Counted from the first letter of the stretch, positions 19,286 through 29,393 are shown. The stretch is DNA of 64,000 nucleotides from an uncultured Cytophagia bacterium (GCA_964539665.1 CAZIKB010000001.1:100014-164013); one strand, 5' to 3'. The notes: a model not told the origin generated them from the sequence alone. Numbers and translations: made by a program.

Positions 19286-20560
19286 CTAGGTCTTACGTTT
19301 CTTTTTTTTCGCCGCCGGAAACAAAATATTATTCAAAATCAATCGGTAACCCGGTGAATTCTTGTGCAGCGAAAGCTGCGTGGGAGGATCATAAACAAAG
19401 TGCTGATAATCCTCCGGATCATGACCACCGAAAAAAGTAAAGGTGCCTCGCCCTAAATTTCCGTGAATATATTTCACTTCTTGCGTGCCTTCTAATTCGC
19501 CTAATATCGTCACAGCTTTTTTAATGAGGCTTCTTTTGTAACCAGTTGTCTGGCCCATGAAACCTTTTACTACTGAAACATGATTCTGGGTCAACATCGT
19601 CGGTACCGGATCATATTTAGCAGAAAATTCAAATAAAGTAAAATAATCCGCTTCTGCATTGCGAATCCGCGGCAGATGACTGGGTGGAATGTCGACATCC
19701 GAATGTTCATAAATCAACGGATTCATCACTGTTAAAAAATTCTCAAAAGCAAAGGTTTTCGAATAATCCAGTTTAGATTGACAATCTGGTTCTGCTGGAT
19801 CGCCGTCAAATACTGCAGCCACAACATCTGTGTTTTCCGCCGCCAGAGAAATATCAATGGTATCAGTTGCGGAACACATGGCAAACAGGAATCCACCCTT
19901 CAGAACATATTCTTTAATCATCCGAGCGACAGCTTTTTTTTCTTCAGAAACTTTTGTAAATCCAGTCGATTTAGCCAGGTTTTCGTTTTTCATGACTTCC
20001 TCGATATACCAGGGTGCATTGCGGAAATTAGCGTAGAACTTTCCGTATTGGCCGGTAAAATCTTCGTGGTGTAAATGCAGCCAATCGTATTTTTCTAACT
20101 CGCCGCTTAAGACCTCTTCATCCCATAAAGTTTCATACGGAATTTCAGCATAAGTTAACGCCAGAGTTACAGCATCATCCCAAACCTGTTTGTTGGGTGG
20201 AGAATAGATGGCTACTTTGGGCGCCTTCTCCAGCAAGATCACATCCATGTTCCCTTTTTCCAATTCCGCATAAATTTGAGCAGCTTGAGTACCACCGATG
20301 TTAGAAAAAGCAACACCTCTTAATCGTAGCTGCTGTTCAATCGCCGGGTAGAAATCTATCAAAAAAGACCCGCTGCGGTAATTAAGCAGCCACTCCACAT
20401 TTATATTCCGCTCCAGCGCCCAGAACGCTACACCATAAGCCTTCAAATGGTCGGTTTGTTTCAAATCCATATGGATAAGAATTTTTTGGGCAAAGCTTGA
20501 CTGCGGAACAGCAATCAAACAGAAAAATGAAATAAATAAAAACGCAAATGATTTAGGCAT
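19286..20560 (-). CDS. secreted protein of unknown function (possible class I glutamine-amidotransferase-like fold)
   Basis: 424-aa ORF with signal peptide MPKSFAFLFISFFCLIAVPQSSFAQ and a candidate nucleophile elbow GGFLFAMCSATD. The fold assignment is my inference only. Confidence 0.5.
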   Translation of the reverse strand: MPKSFAFLFISFFCLIAVPQSSFAQKILIHMDLKQTDHLKAYGVAFWALERNINVEWLLNYRSGSFLIDFYPAIEQQLRLRGVAFSNIGGTQAAQIYAELEKGNMDVILLEKAPKVAIYSPPNKQVWDDAVTLALTYAEIPYETLWDEEVLSGELEKYDWLHLHHEDFTGQYGKFYANFRNAPWYIEEVMKNENLAKSTGFTKVSEEKKAVARMIKEYVLKGGFLFAMCSATDTIDISLAAENTDVVAAVFDGDPAEPDCQSKLDYSKTFAFENFLTVMNPLIYEHSDVDIPPSHLPRIRNAEADYFTLFEFSAKYDPVPTMLTQNHVSVVKGFMGQTTGYKRSLIKKAVTILGELEGTQEVKYIHGNLGRGTFTFFGGHDPEDYQHFVYDPPTQLSLHKNSPGYRLILNNILFPAAKKKKRKT

Positions 20561-20573
20561 AATTTTATAACTT

Positions 20574-22436
20574 TTAGTTATTCAACTGACGAGACTGTAA
20601 ATTTCGCATCTTCTGGCGAACCTCTTCAAGGTATAAACATTGAGGATAATTAATCAATACCAGTTCATAGGCTGCATAAGCTTTTCGAAAATCTCCTAAT
20701 CCACTTTCATAGATTTCACCAATGCGTTTTTGTGCCAAAGCGTTGAAAACACTTTTGGGTTGATTTTTTATCAGGTTTTGAAGATTGTCTATTGCAACCG
20801 TATAATTTCCCCCTTTGTTCTCTAAATCAGCTATATCTATTAAAGAGTCGTCCAGGATATTTGACCCGGGATACTTTGTTAATATCTCCTGTAAAAAGTT
20901 AATGGCTTCCTGATGTTTTCTTTGCAATTTGTATTTTTGGGCCTGAGCAAAATATTTCAATGCTTCTGATGATTTCTTTTTGTTTTCTTCTATGAGAATA
21001 ATTAATTCAAGAGCGTCATTTACATAGCTTTGATCTACATTTTCTCTTGTATGTATATCAGCGGTAATTTTTTTAAGACCCTCCAGGGCTTTTTCAAATT
21101 CTGCATTCAGGAAATTAATGTGCGCGGTTTTATACAACGCCCGGTCTTTGGATTGCTGATTCGAATCATTCTTATTCAGAGGCATTTCATACCATTTAAG
21201 AGCAGTCTCCAAATTACCTTTTGCTGTAAAACAATCTCCAATTCTAAAATATGTATCACTATTTTTTTTACCTTTTGGAAATTTACTTAAAACTAAATTA
21301 TAAGATTTCAACGCATTATCCAAATCAAAAAAATCTTCAAAATATATCTCGCCAATTTGAAATAATGCTTCTTCAGCCCAGGGATTTCTCGGCGCCAATG
21401 AAATCAAATTTTCATAGCCTTCTATTGCTTCGCCTGAAATTCCCTGCTTTTGTTTAGTTAGCGCCAGTCCATAAATCGACCGGAATTTAAATGGTGAGTC
21501 TTTATATTTAGAGATAATTAAGTCGAAGGCCTGCTGGGCATATAAATATTCGCCGGCCTTCAAAGCTTTTTCAGCAAAAAAATAGACCTCTTTCCCGGAA
21601 GCCTGATTCTTTTCGTCCAAAGGATCAGTCATATTTTCAAGAGTTATAAACTCATTTAAAGAGTTGCCGTAATCTTCAATTCGTAAATAAAGATCTGCTA
21701 ATTGCTTTCGCACCAAATACTCATGCCTGGTCAACGGCAGGTTGGCCTTTAACACTTCAGCAACCTCCCGAGCCTGTTCAGATTCTTTAGTATAACTGGC
21801 GATTCGACTTTCAATGTAATTAAACTGATGTGGATTTCTTTCCAGGTATTTTAAATACTCAAGTGTGGCTTCTTTATAATTTAAGCGGATGACATAAATA
21901 TTTGCCAGTTCGAAAACATATAAAAAATCATTTTTGAAAATTATTCTGGCGGATTTATAAACATCAATGGCCTCGTCGTACAAACGATTATATATCATGG
22001 CGTTTGCCACGTATGGATAAACAGCTCTATTTTGTGGATAGTTCTTAAGCAATGAGTTCCATACAGCAAAAGCCTGATCTTGTGTGCCACTTTGATAATA
22101 CACATTGCCTAAATCAGCATGAAATCTTGGATCGTTAGAATTGTTGCTTCTACTTTTAACAATTTCAATTATTTCATTAAACATTTTGAGTCGCAGCATA
22201 TTCCGCTTAACACCTTCATAATATAAATTATTATTAGGAACAAGTTTGAACAGACTGGTGTAGATTTTAAGAGCGGATTCAAAATTTCCTCTTCTCTCCA
22301 AATCTTGTGCGACTCGAATTCGATTATTATTTTGATTTTTGAGCTGGGTAAATCCATTTTGTAAAAATAAAATTCCACAAAAAACAGGTATTACCCAAAA
22401 CTTTATTATTATAATTTTGCTGGAATTTGAATTCAT
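20574..22436 (-). CDS. TPR-repeat protein with N-terminal membrane anchor/signal
   Basis: Many TPR-like repeats (A..Y...G......A...F). Start moved to the ATG at 22436 (MNSNSSKIIIIKFWVIPVF). The 46 upstream codons of the ORF track translate a palindromic intergenic repeat. Confidence 0.7.
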   Translation of the reverse strand: MNSNSSKIIIIKFWVIPVFCGILFLQNGFTQLKNQNNNRIRVAQDLERRGNFESALKIYTSLFKLVPNNNLYYEGVKRNMLRLKMFNEIIEIVKSRSNNSNDPRFHADLGNVYYQSGTQDQAFAVWNSLLKNYPQNRAVYPYVANAMIYNRLYDEAIDVYKSARIIFKNDFLYVFELANIYVIRLNYKEATLEYLKYLERNPHQFNYIESRIASYTKESEQAREVAEVLKANLPLTRHEYLVRKQLADLYLRIEDYGNSLNEFITLENMTDPLDEKNQASGKEVYFFAEKALKAGEYLYAQQAFDLIISKYKDSPFKFRSIYGLALTKQKQGISGEAIEGYENLISLAPRNPWAEEALFQIGEIYFEDFFDLDNALKSYNLVLSKFPKGKKNSDTYFRIGDCFTAKGNLETALKWYEMPLNKNDSNQQSKDRALYKTAHINFLNAEFEKALEGLKKITADIHTRENVDQSYVNDALELIILIEENKKKSSEALKYFAQAQKYKLQRKHQEAINFLQEILTKYPGSNILDDSLIDIADLENKGGNYTVAIDNLQNLIKNQPKSVFNALAQKRIGEIYESGLGDFRKAYAAYELVLINYPQCLYLEEVRQKMRNLQSRQLNN

Positions 22437-22487
22437 TTTAAAAACGCAACTTATTGAGTGTTTGAAAGAAAACTTTATCTTCTTTTT

Positions 22488-22569
22488 GTCATTGCGAAGC
22501 GTTTTTTGCCGAAGCAATCTCTTGCCTGACAATTGGGAGATTGCTTCGCTGAGAAGCGCTCGTAATGAC
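22488..22569. repeat. nested GC-rich palindromic element (REP-like)
   Basis: Inner perfect 12-bp inverted repeat CGAAGCAATCTC (22510-22521) / GAGATTGCTTCG (22537-22548). Outer imperfect arms GTCATTGCGAAGCG / CGCTCGTAATGAC. Lies between two minus-strand genes. Confidence 0.65.
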
Positions 22570-22596
22570 AGCAAGAATTGTGTTTTCAGTCAAAGC

Positions 22597-25500
22597 CTAA
22601 TTATTTAAAGTTTTCTCTTTTTGTTCACGGTTTAAAGCTTCAAAGTATTTACGGATGAGTTCCCGATAGTCTTTTGAATAACCTTCCTTCATGGCCTTTA
22701 ACAACTCATTTTTTAAGCGATCTTTATCATTAAGCAAATTTGATGGCAAGGCATCCGGACTCAAAACCTGGTATTCCTTACCTGTTTCTGCTTTACGTTT
22801 TTTGCTGTATTCTCTATTGTGCATTGAACGCTGAGCGTCGAGCAATCTGGAAAGTATTCGTTTTTGTCGATTAATCATAGAGCGATTTATATTTTGCTTC
22901 TGAAAATCCCTTACAACCTCCTCCATATCCTGGCTGACTCTTTCCAGATCACCAAGCATTTCAGAACGATTCCCCATTTCCTTAATTAATTGTTCAAGGG
23001 ATTTCCGCAAAGCGTTTTGTTCCGCGGCTAATCGCCCCATTGCTGCTTGCTGCTTCATGCTCAAACCGCCCGGATTTTCCCCGAATTCAGAAGTTTGTTG
23101 ATTAATTCCCTGCTGTTTGCCGGACATGCCCATTAGACGCTGCATCATTTCCTGAAATCCAATAGCTGAAGATGCACCGCTTAAATTTTGCATTGATTCG
23201 AGCAGATGTGAAACAGCCTCATTTAGGCCGGACATAGCCTGTCCCTGGTTTTGCGCCGAACTTCCGCTTTTCCTGGCTTCTAATGATTGCATAGATTCTT
23301 GCATACCTTGCGCGGATTTACCAAGCGCTTTACCAATCTCTGGCGTTACAAAAAAGGTTTTTTGCGATAGTTCATAAAGGTGATTGGTAACTCTTGAAAG
23401 GCCTCCCAGTAAATCCTGCTGTTTATCTGCGGACTCGTTCATACCTGGTGAATTCCTGTCCATGCCTTTTGTTGAGTTCATCAGGTTTTCTTGTTGTTTT
23501 GACAGATTGAGCAAGTCGTAGGAAGCCCGGCTGAGTTCTCGCATCATTTCTTGTTTCTGTTCATCCGAAAGTTCCTGCTGAGCGGTTTGCAGTGTTTCTA
23601 GTAATTCCTGCAGATTTTGAGAGATTTGCTGACCGGATTTTTGTGCGCCTTGCATATTTCCAGACTGAAATTGTTGCGTAGCGTTTTGCATTTTCGATTT
23701 CAAACCATTTTGCTCAATCTCATTCTGTGCGGCCTCGATTCGACTTTGCGGCATTTTCGGAAATTCAGACATCTGGTTTTTTAAATCTTCTAAATCCTGA
23801 GACAAATTTTCCGTATCGCGCCGAATGCTGCTCTGCTCTTGAGCATATTTGCTGCTATTATTTGTATCTTGCGCTTCATTTGCTTGATTATTCAGTTCCT
23901 CCTGACGTCTAAGCAAATCCTGGGCTTTACGTACCGCCTCATCTAATTGTTGTTCGATTTGTAACTTTTTTAGCAAATTAATCGTTCTTTCAACGCTTTT
24001 CAAAAAATCCTCTTGCGATGCAGAAAACTTTTCCATCGCTTCTTTAAGCTTCTCCGGATCTATATCATCAAATGATTTCTGTAATTCTTGCAACGCTTCC
24101 TGAATTTCTGGTGTGAGCATTTCTTCCATTAGCTTTTGAAGCTCTTGATATTTCTGTAGCGTCTCCATTGAAAGCAAATCATTTTGCTCCATGCGACTCA
24201 CCATTTCATCTAATTTTTCCTGAATGTCCTGCAAATCTTCCTGCATCTTCTCCTGCGCCTGAACAGCTTCCTGCACTTTCTGTTGTTCCTCCCATTTTAA
24301 CTCAGGCTCTCTTTTCATCTCCTGTACGATTTCCTGCAAATCATCTTTCAGGGTTCTACTCTTCTCGTACATTTCTTCCAAGCCTTCGAAAGTCTCCTCA
24401 TGACCGCGCGCTATTTCATCATAGATTTCGTAAATCGATGGGAACCGAACCCGGTAAGTTAAACTTTTAGAACTTTTCGGTCCGGTTATTTTGTCGTTAT
24501 CAAACGCTTCTGCATAATAAGTTATTACATCTTCCGGAAAAATTTCTAACTTCGAAAGTTCCCAGGTGTGATTCAATAATATTTTGTCGTCGTTTTGTTT
24601 CGGCAATTGCAACTTTAAAAACTGTCGTTTGCCTTCTTGCAGACCACCGCGAACAATTTGATACCCCAAACGTAATTGCGAGAATCCGTAATCATCCTGG
24701 GCTTCGATGGTTAATGGTATCAACATATCATCGCCTAAATCGACATCCTGTCCGGGAAAGGTAATTTGTACTGAAGGAAATTGATCCTCTAACACCGTCA
24801 TCCGGTATTCAATTGGACTGGCATTTTCTCGATCCTTTTTATCAATTAAATTAAAGTGATACTTACCCGATCCCAAAAGCGTGAATTTACCGGAAACCTC
24901 CTGACCTGAAATATCTAATGGCTTATTCTTATTATCATCAAACATAATCGTGGCATCTTTAACGGTTTTATTGGTTTTAGCAAACACCTCTACAACAGAA
25001 CCCTTCAAGGCCGAAATATCGCCAACATTTTCATCCAAAAATTGGCTGCCCAATTTTGAATATCCAGGATAAGTAAGTTTGACTTGCAAATTTCTGATGA
25101 ATGGCCGCTCGACGACTGAAATGGCATATTGTTGGCTCTTTTGATTATCAGATTCCACATAATACTTTGTATCATCCTTAATGTTATTTATGGTGTATGT
25201 AAACACACTCTCGTGGCTTGGGGTAAGAACACGCAATACAAAATCTTTTGAGGACTCCCGTTTAAGGGCAAGATTGATTTTCGACACATCATCCCCGCCA
25301 ACTGTGGTTTGAATTTGAACATCATCGCCTTTTACAACTTCAACGTTTCCCGGAGAAACGCTGAAAGTCAATCCTGACTTTTTTGAAAAAGTTTGCCCGG
25401 GATTCAGTAATCGATGAGTAGCGTTTTTCAGAGGAGCCGGATAAATAAAAAAAATCAGCAAAAATACGATAGTACTTCCACACCAATATTTAAACATCTT

Positions 25501-25980
25501 TTTAGCAGGTTCGGAATCAGCAACCGAATTGAAATCCAGATTCTTTACTTCCTGGTCAATTTTCGATAGGGAGGCATCTGCTAATTCCAGTGAATAACCT
25601 TCCGGATTTTTCTTGTGCTTTTCAAAAACCTGCAATGCATCGGCCAGCTGATCGCGAATGCTGGTAAAGGAGTTTCCAACTTTGAGCGCCAGGCGGATGT
25701 CATCAGGATAATTCATTTTAAAAAATAATGAATACGATGGACGTATCACAAGCCAGATAAATGCACTTAATGCCAAAATGACTGAGCAAATAATAATTAG
25801 CAACCGTGTGGTAGAATTAAAGTAAAAAATGGCTTCAATAGAAATTACGGTCAAGATGAGAACCAGCGTCAATATTAAAAACGTTAAAACGCTGGTTGCC
25901 AGTCCAAGTTTCTTTATCTGGCTTCTTAAAGAATTCAGGCGTTCGCAAATATTTCGATATGTATCTTGATATACTGCCAT
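22597..25980 (-). CDS. large membrane protein, DUF4175-like: N-terminal TMs, beta-rich repeats, long Q/E-rich coiled coil
   Basis: 1127-aa ORF with three hydrophobic helices in the first 190 aa, Ig-like beta segments (about aa 200-500), then about 500 aa of Q/E/K/L-rich heptad-like sequence. C-terminus RQKRILSRLLDAQRS. Family call is from memory of the architecture. Confidence 0.55.
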   Translation of the reverse strand: MAVYQDTYRNICERLNSLRSQIKKLGLATSVLTFLILTLVLILTVISIEAIFYFNSTTRLLIIICSVILALSAFIWLVIRPSYSLFFKMNYPDDIRLALKVGNSFTSIRDQLADALQVFEKHKKNPEGYSLELADASLSKIDQEVKNLDFNSVADSEPAKKMFKYWCGSTIVFLLIFFIYPAPLKNATHRLLNPGQTFSKKSGLTFSVSPGNVEVVKGDDVQIQTTVGGDDVSKINLALKRESSKDFVLRVLTPSHESVFTYTINNIKDDTKYYVESDNQKSQQYAISVVERPFIRNLQVKLTYPGYSKLGSQFLDENVGDISALKGSVVEVFAKTNKTVKDATIMFDDNKNKPLDISGQEVSGKFTLLGSGKYHFNLIDKKDRENASPIEYRMTVLEDQFPSVQITFPGQDVDLGDDMLIPLTIEAQDDYGFSQLRLGYQIVRGGLQEGKRQFLKLQLPKQNDDKILLNHTWELSKLEIFPEDVITYYAEAFDNDKITGPKSSKSLTYRVRFPSIYEIYDEIARGHEETFEGLEEMYEKSRTLKDDLQEIVQEMKREPELKWEEQQKVQEAVQAQEKMQEDLQDIQEKLDEMVSRMEQNDLLSMETLQKYQELQKLMEEMLTPEIQEALQELQKSFDDIDPEKLKEAMEKFSASQEDFLKSVERTINLLKKLQIEQQLDEAVRKAQDLLRRQEELNNQANEAQDTNNSSKYAQEQSSIRRDTENLSQDLEDLKNQMSEFPKMPQSRIEAAQNEIEQNGLKSKMQNATQQFQSGNMQGAQKSGQQISQNLQELLETLQTAQQELSDEQKQEMMRELSRASYDLLNLSKQQENLMNSTKGMDRNSPGMNESADKQQDLLGGLSRVTNHLYELSQKTFFVTPEIGKALGKSAQGMQESMQSLEARKSGSSAQNQGQAMSGLNEAVSHLLESMQNLSGASSAIGFQEMMQRLMGMSGKQQGINQQTSEFGENPGGLSMKQQAAMGRLAAEQNALRKSLEQLIKEMGNRSEMLGDLERVSQDMEEVVRDFQKQNINRSMINRQKRILSRLLDAQRSMHNREYSKKRKAETGKEYQVLSPDALPSNLLNDKDRLKNELLKAMKEGYSKDYRELIRKYFEALNREQKEKTLNN

Positions 25981-25987
25981 AGATACC

Positions 25988-26662
25988 TCAAAGAGTTAGG
26001 GCGTGCACAATGATGTTAGTACCCATTTCAAAGGCTTTTTGTCGAATTTCAGGTGGGTCGCCATGAACGTTGGGATCGGCCCAGCCGTCTGAGATATTGG
26101 TGTTGAAAGAATAAAATATAACCATTCTTCCTTCATAAAAGAGTCCGTATCCTTTTGGCGGACCGCCATCGTGCTCATGTGTTTTAGGCAGGCCATTCAC
26201 AAACTCAAAATGACAATGGTAAATTGGATGCGAGAATGGAATTTCAACCAGTTTTTGCTCTGGAAAAACCTTCTGGATCTCTTCGCGAAATGACTTGTCC
26301 ATTCCGTAATCATCATCAGCGAACAAAAATCCTCCGGAGGTGAAATAAAGTCGCAGTCGAACGGCTTCTTCTTTCGAGAAAGAAATTCTACCGTGCCCGG
26401 TCATAAAAATCACCGGAAAGGAGAAAAGATCTTCATCTGATATCTCCACAACAATTTCTGAACTTCCCACATCAACATTTGTATTATCGGCCATAAATTT
26501 CAAAAGATTTGGTATACTGGAGGGATCGTTATACCAATCACCCCCGCCATGATATTTTAATCTGGCAAGGATAAAAGAGCTCTGGGGACTTTTTAATTGA
26601 CTAAATAAATTTGTACTGAAAAAAATAAAAATTAGAAAAATAAATATACGCCTTTTTTTCAT
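25988..26662 (-). CDS. DUF4159 domain-containing secreted protein
   Basis: Signal peptide, then ARLKYHGGGDWYNDPSSIPNLL, FPVIFMTGHG and GGFLFADDDYG, matching the DUF4159 pattern as I recall it. Confidence 0.7.
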   Translation of the reverse strand: MKKRRIFIFLIFIFFSTNLFSQLKSPQSSFILARLKYHGGGDWYNDPSSIPNLLKFMADNTNVDVGSSEIVVEISDEDLFSFPVIFMTGHGRISFSKEEAVRLRLYFTSGGFLFADDDYGMDKSFREEIQKVFPEQKLVEIPFSHPIYHCHFEFVNGLPKTHEHDGGPPKGYGLFYEGRMVIFYSFNTNISDGWADPNVHGDPPEIRQKAFEMGTNIIVHALTL

Positions 26663-26677
26663 TAGTTTTAATGATCT

Positions 26678-27190
26678 TTAAATCAATCTAAATGCAACCA
26701 TCACCACCATCGCAACAGCTACCGCGATTTTGGTTAATTTACCACCCAAAGCTCCTAAAAAAGCCCCAAATCCAGCTTGTAGTGATTTTTGAAGATCCGA
26801 AGATCTCATATATTCAAATATCGCCGTTCCCGCAAAAGCGCCGGCAAAAGCGCCCATCAGAGTACCTATTAGAGGCATGATAGATGTTCCGAGAACAGCA
26901 CCGACAAATCCTCCAACTATAGCCCCAAACATGCCCATCTTTGACGCACCAAATTTACTGGCGGTTGCAGCGCCCAGGAAGAATTCTATCACTTCTACTA
27001 TCGTGGCAATAAGAGCAAGCAGGCCAATAAAGCTCCAGGTAATTTCCACAAAATTCGTGAGCCATGCATAAACTAAAACATTACCAACAATTAAAAATGT
27101 TCCCGGAATTCCAAATGGTATTATTACTATACCTGCAATCATCACTAACCAAAATAAAAATTGGCCCATTATTTCAAAAATAATCATCAT
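26678..27190 (-). CDS. DUF456 family membrane protein
   Basis: 170-aa Gly/Ala-rich polytopic membrane protein (GAFAGAFAGTAIFEY, GFGAFLGALGG). Confidence 0.65.
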   Translation of the reverse strand: MMIIFEIMGQFLFWLVMIAGIVIIPFGIPGTFLIVGNVLVYAWLTNFVEITWSFIGLLALIATIVEVIEFFLGAATASKFGASKMGMFGAIVGGFVGAVLGTSIMPLIGTLMGAFAGAFAGTAIFEYMRSSDLQKSLQAGFGAFLGALGGKLTKIAVAVAMVVMVAFRLI

Positions 27191-28470
27191 TTTATTTCAA
27201 TGTAAATATCTTTTTTAGCTGACTCCAACCACTTTTCAAATTCCTGCTGGCTTTTAATTCTCAATGCCCATGATTCAATCTGTTCCCAGTCATTCTTTAT
27301 GTTAAGCTCACGGGCTGGTTCTCTGTCGTTAACTTGAATCAGATGATAGCCAAACTTTGTACTCACCGGCTCAGAAAGGTCACCTTTATTTAATCCAGAA
27401 ACAGCCTCTTTAAATGACCCTATTTGAAATTGGTCTACTTGAAACCAACCTAAGTCTCCACCTTTTTTATTGCTTGTTTCATCGGTGGAATATTTTTCAG
27501 CAGCTTCAGCAAAAGTGATCTCACCTGCAAGAATCTGTACTTTCAATCTGTTTATTTTATCTACCGTTGACTGTACATCCAGATCCGAGGATTCTAATCT
27601 AATCAGAATGTGACGTGGATTTATCTTTTCTCCAACCCTTTTTATTAACTGAATGATGTGATATCCAAATTGGGTTTTCACTGCATCGGATATTTGCCCG
27701 GGTTCTAAACCAAATGCCACCTCTTCAAATTCTTTAACCAAATCCCCTCGATCCATCATCCCTAAATCTCCCCCCTTCTCTGCCGAACCCGGGTCTTCAG
27801 AATATTGCCGGGCAAGTTGTGCAAAATCTTCACCTTTCTTAATTCGATCTAATAAATCGTCTATTTTTTCCTTGGCCGCACTTGATGCCGATTCACTCGG
27901 CTCAACAGGCAACAGGATATGACTAATATTCATTGTTTCTTTTAACTCTGGTAAGCTATCCCGATTTGACCGATAAAATGATTCTACTTCACGCCGAGTA
28001 ATTTTCGTTTCTTGCATCCTCATATTTTTGATAGTATCAACCAAAAGTCGTTCTTCTATATCTTTTCTGAATTCTCTTTTTATTTGTCGTATACTCATAC
28101 CAAAATATTCTTCTACTTTTTCTTCAGAACCGGCTTGTCTTATCATTTGCTTTATCTGATCTTCCAGAACTGAATCTACCTGTTTGTCGTTTACGACAAC
28201 ACTATCCTCTTTGGCCTTTACCAGTAAAATTTTTTGAGCAATTAAGTTCGTTAAAGTTTCTTTTCGCAAATCACCAAACTTCTCTGGTTCTTTCTGTGGA
28301 TCAACGCCAACTTGCATTGCCAGGGTATATGAATATTGAAAAAGTTCTGATTGCAGGATAATATTATCCCCAACTATTGCAATTAACTTGTCAATCACTT
28401 CCTGACCTGAAAGACCCCGAACTGAAATAAAAAAAGCTAATAACAGTAATGTTTTTATTTTAATCCTCAC
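27187..28470 (-). CDS. SurA-like periplasmic chaperone / peptidylprolyl isomerase (two parvulin domains)
   Basis: Signal peptide, SurA_N-like helical region, and two parvulin signatures (GGDLGMMDRGDL...FGYHIIQL and GGDLGWFQ...FGYHLIQV). Confidence 0.8.
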   Translation of the reverse strand: MRIKIKTLLLLAFFISVRGLSGQEVIDKLIAIVGDNIILQSELFQYSYTLAMQVGVDPQKEPEKFGDLRKETLTNLIAQKILLVKAKEDSVVVNDKQVDSVLEDQIKQMIRQAGSEEKVEEYFGMSIRQIKREFRKDIEERLLVDTIKNMRMQETKITRREVESFYRSNRDSLPELKETMNISHILLPVEPSESASSAAKEKIDDLLDRIKKGEDFAQLARQYSEDPGSAEKGGDLGMMDRGDLVKEFEEVAFGLEPGQISDAVKTQFGYHIIQLIKRVGEKINPRHILIRLESSDLDVQSTVDKINRLKVQILAGEITFAEAAEKYSTDETSNKKGGDLGWFQVDQFQIGSFKEAVSGLNKGDLSEPVSTKFGYHLIQVNDREPARELNIKNDWEQIESWALRIKSQQEFEKWLESAKKDIYIEIK

Positions 28471-28475
28471 TTTTA

Positions 28476-29393
28476 CTAATCTCCTATTCGAATTAATGAA
28501 TCTAAAACTATTGACTCTAACAATTGAAAATTTGTTTGTATTTTGAAGTTGCTTTTCATTCGCAAAAGAAAGCGTTGATAATATGCCTCCTTTTTCTGTG
28601 TTTCTAATTTGAGGCGAATTTCATTTTCTACTAACTCAAGTTTTTTTATCTCCCCCTTTTTCTGTTTATCAACCAACTTCACGACATGATAACCAAACTC
28701 TGTTTTTATTGGGTTTGAATTTTTCCCTACCTGTAAATCAAATACAATTTTTGATATTTCAGGAATAATTTCATCTTTTGAAAAATATCCCAAATCCCAA
28801 TTTTCAGTACTTAATGAATCCTTGTATGTCTCTTTAACAATTTCATCAAATGCCTCCCCTTTATTAAGTCGGCTTCTTATGGCATTTGCTGCTGTTCTTT
28901 TTTCCACAAGAACGTGATAAGCGTGAACAATACCTTCTGCCAATATAAATTCATCGCTATTATTTTTGAAGTAACTCTCAATTTCTTCATCGGTGACTGT
29001 AATCTGGTTTTCCAGTGTTTGTTCAATTAATTTACTTATCAATAATTCTTTTTTAAGTTTTATGAATTCATTCTTAAATTCATCACCTTTTTCCAGCTCT
29101 CTGTTTAATGCTTCCTGATAAAGCACCTCATTGTTTATCCACCTGAGCGCGTATTCTTTAATTTCAAACGAGGTTAAGCCTGAGCGAACCCGAGGAGGAG
29201 CATCAATCATTATTTCATCAACAGACAGTCTTGTATTTCCAACGCTGGCAATAACATTACGTTTTTCCTTTTGATTTTTACATCCACTTCCAAAAAGCAA
29301 AGATAAACTTACAAACATTATACATATTATACTTATAGAAAATATACTTAAAAATCTTTTCACATTCTTCATTTTTGTAGTCTTGTATTCCAT
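28476..29393 (-). CDS. parvulin-type peptidylprolyl isomerase (PpiC/PrsA-like)
   Basis: 305-aa ORF with an N-terminal anchor and a single parvulin domain ending FGYHVVKLV. Confidence 0.75.
   Translation of the reverse strand: MEYKTTKMKNVKRFLSIFSISIICIMFVSLSLLFGSGCKNQKEKRNVIASVGNTRLSVDEIMIDAPPRVRSGLTSFEIKEYALRWINNEVLYQEALNRELEKGDEFKNEFIKLKKELLISKLIEQTLENQITVTDEEIESYFKNNSDEFILAEGIVHAYHVLVEKRTAANAIRSRLNKGEAFDEIVKETYKDSLSTENWDLGYFSKDEIIPEISKIVFDLQVGKNSNPIKTEFGYHVVKLVDKQKKGEIKKLELVENEIRLKLETQKKEAYYQRFLLRMKSNFKIQTNFQLLESIVLDSLIRIGD

Noticed and set aside
22437-22574. N-terminal 46-codon extension of the TPR ORF (MLSLRALLSEAISQLSGKRLL...)
   Set aside because: The extension is the translation of the nested palindromic repeat at 22488-22569. 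An internal ATG at 22436 is followed by a signal/anchor sequence.
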